DNA of 64,000 bases, taken from the NCBI RefSeq assembly GCF_009914755.1, contig NC_060941.1; one strand, 5' to 3'. Made by a program: the position numbers and the translations under genes. The first letter of the stretch is position 1. Every line of letters starts with the position of its first letter. Below are positions 56,961 to 64,000 of this stretch, one piece after another. This DNA comes from the human T2T-CHM13v2.0 reference genome, Homo sapiens. The notes under the pieces are model-generated. The model made no database searches. It was not told the DNA's origin and saw only the letters and a program-made list of their open reading frames with translations.

Positions 56961-57742
56961 CTTGTTTTTCCGAATTTTGGGGGCACTATTTAAGATATTT
57001 TGAAACCTCACAGAGCTTTTTTGGGGAACTTGTTGCCTTGGAGATTAGCCTGTCCTGTCCCGCCCCCATGATCTGTACTTCCTCTTTCTCCCTCCTGGCT
57101 TCCTTAATTAAGCCTTGTGTGTACTTGCCAGCCCATGTCCATCACGCTCTGCCTTCAATTCTAGATGCTGTGCTGTGAATACACTTAAGTGGAGGCCGCA
57201 TGCTTCCCAGGAGGGTGTGTATTTTCAGTGTTGTGTCTCATGATAGTATGAAAGGCTCTGGAGAGAATCACAGGCTTCCACAAACAGGCAAGGAGAAAAA
57301 TGTTCCACAGACATGTTTCAGGGAAAACAGGCTTCCCAATCCTAGGCCGTGCTGGTCCATAATTGGATCAGGCTGACTCTCCTTCCCCTACACTGCTGGT
57401 GTAGACAGGGACAAGAATGAGAAGTCAGAGACACAGAGAAGCTGTGATTTGCTTGAGGTCACTAAAGTACTTAATGGCAGAGTTCAGACCTGACCTGAGG
57501 GGCAACAAAAGACACCCCCCTCAAATCCATGGGGAGCAGAGTCTAACTGAATCAGATCCCAGATTTCCTGGGGCTCTCACGGTGCCAGGTGTGTACACTG
57601 AGCTAGGATGGGTTTCCCAGGGTTCTGTGTGGTCACACAACTCAACAATACAGACCAGAAAGCAGTGGCAAGTAGGCTGAATTTGGCTGGTGGGTGTTTT
57701 CTGTTTGGCCTGCACAGTGTTTCTTTTAACGTTTTATTATAG

Positions 57743-58242
<500 letters not shown>

Positions 58243-59708
58243 AGGAGCTTTTACATAATCCTTTTTGACAAATTTTCCCCCAAGAAATTAGAAAGTTTTA
58301 TAGAAAAAAAAAATCCGGACTTCTGTCTTCTCTTAAAAATTTGGAAGCTCTGCCAATACTGGGCCCAGATGGCAATCACTGCTTAGCACGGAGTAGATGT
58401 TGACTTTTCAGATGAGGGGTGTGACATCTACTTTGCCACAGTCCCCACCACTCCCCCACCTGGCCATCTCACCCATACACATCACCTGCCTGGCTCCTTT
58501 AGGCATTTAATTTGTGTAGGAAATTGACCTAAAGGAGATATTAGAGAAGACATTAAAAACTTGAAGAATGTGAAAATCAGCCAGGAGATAGAACTGTGCT
58601 TTAATGCGGGTTATAGAACGACATTGGATATGAAGCATTTTGGGAATAAACTTTGAAAATTGGAAGTACCAGTTTGTGAATTTTGCTGAGAGAGATGAAG
58701 GTGGGGGGTGGGTGACAGTGGTGAAGCATCTCCTATGTGCCAGTCTCTTTTACCACAGGCTGTTTCTCACAAAATCATCAATCATATGCAGCAGGTGAAA
58801 CACCTTCCTATTTTACAGATGAGGAAACTGAGGCACAGAGAGGTGAAATAGGCTTCCCAAGGTCACTCAGGTCATGAGCAGCAGAGCTAGGATTCAGACC
58901 TGGAGTTGGCCTGACTCTAAAACGATGCATGCCTCACCATGGCCCATCACTCCTTTAAAGAGCACCAGAAGAGAGAATTTGACAAAGTGGTTGCCCGTGG
59001 GGCCTGGGATGGGTGGGGAAACCACGCTAGGCCTCGGGGCTGCTGAGGGCCTGAGGGAAGGAATGGGGAGCCCGGGCACAGAAATAGAGGAGGGGGCTGC
59101 CCCACGGCTACAGAAGGCATCTGGGAAGACGCTCTGCTGAAGGTGGCCAGGAGGGCAAAGGTCACAGTGGCCATTGTTATATGGTGGTGGTGGGGAGAGG
59201 GGGATGGCTTCTTCTTAACCTCCTCGGGTGAGTCGAAGGTTTACCCTCCAGACCCTTGATGGGTCCCTTTGGTCCCTTGGGCTTCCTGAGTCTCCAGCCA
59301 GGGCCTGGGACCTTTGCTGGGAGCTTAGCATGGGGTCCAGCAGCCCCCATTGCTACCTAATTCCTTAGCAGCCCAGGGTGTCTGCCTGCTACTTCCCTGC
59401 CTGGAAGGAAGGCCTTCTGCCTGGTGCATTCCTGCTGCAGCCTCCACTGCCTCTTAGACTCTCACACAAGCTCAGCTCCCTGTCGCGTCCTCTCAGGGCC
59501 AGGCTTCTCCTTATCACAAGCTTAGACTGTCTGAGTAACTAATTGGATTTGTGTTTGCCTCCACACAGGACCCTAAGACCCGTGGGGCTGCGACTCCCTC
59601 TGTACTGGTCACAGCCGCACCCTATCCCCTTGCATGGGGCTGTCAAACCCAGGCTGGCCACTGACTAGCGCTGGAGGGGAGCAAACGGGAGGCCGGCCAC
59701 CTGACTGA

Positions 59709-59870
<162 letters not shown>

Positions 59871-61047
59871 TAGTAAACCACTGTGCCTGTGAGCCTGGGT
59901 TAGTTCAAACAGCAACATCCAAGCTCACGTGCCTGGCTCAGGGGAGGCCCAATGCGTCCCTAACCCATGCCACAGGGCAGCACTCCACAGGCACAACCTG
60001 CACCCAGGGGTGCCATTAACCTGGACTCCAGGATGAATGGGGCCCTGGGAGCTGACGGTCTAAGGAGGGCGTGGGATGGTCAGAGTTGGATGATTATGTT
60101 CTGGGTTGAACCTTGCACACTGTGACTAAGAGTTGCAAAAATCAAACTTCCTCCATTTCCCGTAACTGCTCTCATCCACTCTGAAGCTCTCCTTCTGCTG
60201 ATGTGAAAATATTGAAAATTGCCATCAAAAGTAATTTGGTCTCTTTTGGTTTCAAGGCCTTTTCTAGAAACTACTAAGTCAATTCAACATACTAACATTG
60301 TATCAGGGCTGTTTCCCACCCCCTCCTCCCTCCCAAGGTGGGCTGTCTGGGAACAGAGAAGAGCTCACATGGCTTCTCAGTGGCTGGGAGGGCTCTAGAC
60401 CCTCACTCAGGCCTGGCTGACCCCTGCCGAGGCACCCCGACCGGGTGGCACAGAGGTGTGCAGCTCTCTCCTGGTTTAGTGGGGGACCATGGGTGGCTGC
60501 CTGCTGAACTCTGCGGGGCCCACAGAAGAGCCTCTGGACTCATGACTCTCTCTCGGAAGCCTCTCTGCCTCAGTCCCAGGGGACCTCTCCTTAAGACCTT
60601 CTGGGCCTCACAGATCCCAGCTAAACCTCAGCTTGGACACCTAGATTCTTGGTGACCTCCTCCGCCATTGCCATCCTGCTGTGGGACTTCTCTGAGAGAC
60701 TGCGGTGCCCTCAGGAGATGCCAAGGGCAGGGAGGCCCCGATCTCCCTGAACCCTCCAACCAGGGGAATCAGGACCATGACCCTGATCTTCCGCCCCTTC
60801 CTCTCTCCCTCTCCCTCCACCTCCCCCACCCCCCAGCACCAGGAGGGCTTCCCACTCCCATCCTGTCATATAGAGACAGATCCTACCTCAGAGGGCCCTC
60901 TCCTCTTGGGAGCTTTCTGTCTCTCCCTTCCTTGGGGCAGGAATTTCGAAAGGACTACAGGGATGAAGCTGAAGGACTCCAAAGGAAAAAATACATGCAG
61001 ATATATTTCAAATGCAATCTTCTCCATTTATTCATTTAATTAATTAA

Positions 61048-61610
<563 letters not shown>

Positions 61611-61889
61611 CCAATTTCACATGCTCTTTACATTTGTTCTCTTCTTTCCCATTTAATCAGGCATGTGCTGGCCTCCAACAAGTGTCCACTGGCACAGAAG
61701 GCTCTCTCTTCTAGGTGTGCTTAACAACTTCCATCTTCGGTATCAATTGGTAATCACTTTCCAAGACCTATGTTTCTTGTTTGCTAATACCAGCACTTTT
61801 CCTTAACCGTTTTCTATTTGCTTTTAGCAAATCATGCTGTAAAGGCAAAATCCAATAATTAAAACAAAAACACATTAGATCCCAATTAG

Positions 61890-62309
<420 letters not shown>

Positions 62310-62811
62310 TAAGTAATCACCTAAATTGACATTCAGCCAGAGTGACACCACTATACAGATAACACGCTCATTTCCTTGTGAGGTGTTACCCATGGCTGCC
62401 TAGTCTCCTTATGCACCTTCATCTGAATCTACAGGTGCACCTGCTGCTTCTTTTACTCTGAAAATAAGAACTAGAGGAGTCATCACGTTGCTATTTGGTG
62501 TTGTGTGTCTTTGAATTCCAAGCTCATTCCATTCCTCTGCTATAGCCATTCCTCCTCTCCAGGTCACTGGTAACATTTATTTTTCAGCGACATCGTTCCA
62601 GCCTTTATCCAGGGTCTATTAAGGGTATAGTTTTGTAAGCACATTGCAAATTACCCTTGCAAGCAGAGTAGGTCTCTGGGCTTGAGAAGCCTGTGGGTAA
62701 GTCAGTCCAAGTATGCTTATCTGAGATAAGGATGTCCCCATTCGTTCAGTATGCAACCTGAGGTCACCTCTCCTCTGCTCCCCATGAGCATTTTATGCAT
62801 ATATAAATAAT

Positions 62812-63430
62812 ACCGCTGCAGCCATAAAAAGGAATGAGATCATGTCCTTTGCAGGAACATGGATGGAGCTGGAAGCCTTTATCCTTAAACTAACGCAGGA
62901 GCAGAAAACCAAACACCACATGTTCTTACTTATAAGTAGGAGCTGAACGATGAGAACACATGGACAAAATGGGGGGAAACAACACACCCTTGGGCCTGGT
63001 CGGAGAGGGAGAGCATCAGGAAGATTAGCTAATGGATGCTGGGCTTGATACCAAGGTGATGGGTTGATCTCTGCAGCAAACCACCATGGCACCCGTTTAC
63101 CTAGTTAACAAATCTGCACATCCTGTACTTGCACCCTGGAACTTAAAATCAAAGTTGAAGGGGATGGAAATGGCAGATCACGCCTATAATCTCAGCACTT
63201 TGGGAGGCTGAGGAGGGCGGATCGCTTCAGGTCAGGAGTCCAAGACCAGCCTGGCCAACATGGTGAAACCCCATCTCTACTAAAAATACAAAAATTAGCT
63301 GGGTATGGTGGTGGGCTCCTGTAATCCCAGCTACTCGGGAGGCTGAGGCACGAGAATCACTTGACCCACTGCACTCCAGCCTGGGCGACAGACTGACATT
63401 CCATCTCAAAAAACAAAAAAAAACAGTTGA
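62812..63430 (+). mobile_element. L1PA/PB 3' end (about 62812-63160) followed by an Alu (about 63172-63430)
   Basis: gcagccataaaaaggaatgagatcatgtcctttgcagg...ctggaacttaaa; Alu consensus. Confidence 0.85.
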
Positions 63431-63599
63431 AGGAAAAATAAATAATTAATAAATGAAACCCCAGGTGAGCTAAGACTAGAAAGACAAACCTACTGCAGGA
63501 AACAACCAGAAGAACGAAAAGTCCAACTGGAGCCTGGTAGAGACTCGGGTTGATGCACTTTGGGTCACACACACGTTCCTGTAACTGGCCCCACACTGA

Positions 63600-63881
<282 letters not shown>

Positions 63882-64000
63882 TAGGCCCTGCTGGGTGGGC
63901 CCAAGCCAATCTCCTACCCAGGTCACTCTGGGGACAACCTCTGCTTCCCTGTCCCAGTACCTGCCCGCCCCTTCTCCTCTGTCACTCTGCCCCTCCTTCT

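Overview
Human (primate) genomic DNA recognisable as chr17q11.2. The window holds the 3' part of KSR1 (kinase suppressor of Ras 1, + strand, coding exons from 4120 to 44866, 3'UTR to about 47.9 kb) and the promoter and first four coding exons of LGALS9 (galectin-9, + strand, from 52740). Exon boundaries were read from GT/AG sites and checked for frame continuity. The introns carry many Alus, MIR/L1/L2 relics, MaLR LTRs and DNA transposons. They also contain a tailless U2 snRNA retrocopy and a full-length antisense ITM2B processed pseudogene with two nested solo LTRs. The most interesting signals concern KSR1 splicing: a frame-essential 5-nt microexon, phase-1 cassette exons (one adds a second FxFP ERK dock, one has a CTCF motif over its acceptor) and several competing C-terminal acceptors. 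One of those acceptors (42667) lies behind a 223-nt AG-free zone with a distant branch point and a YCAY cluster. Repeat family names are from recalled consensus sequences, not a database search.
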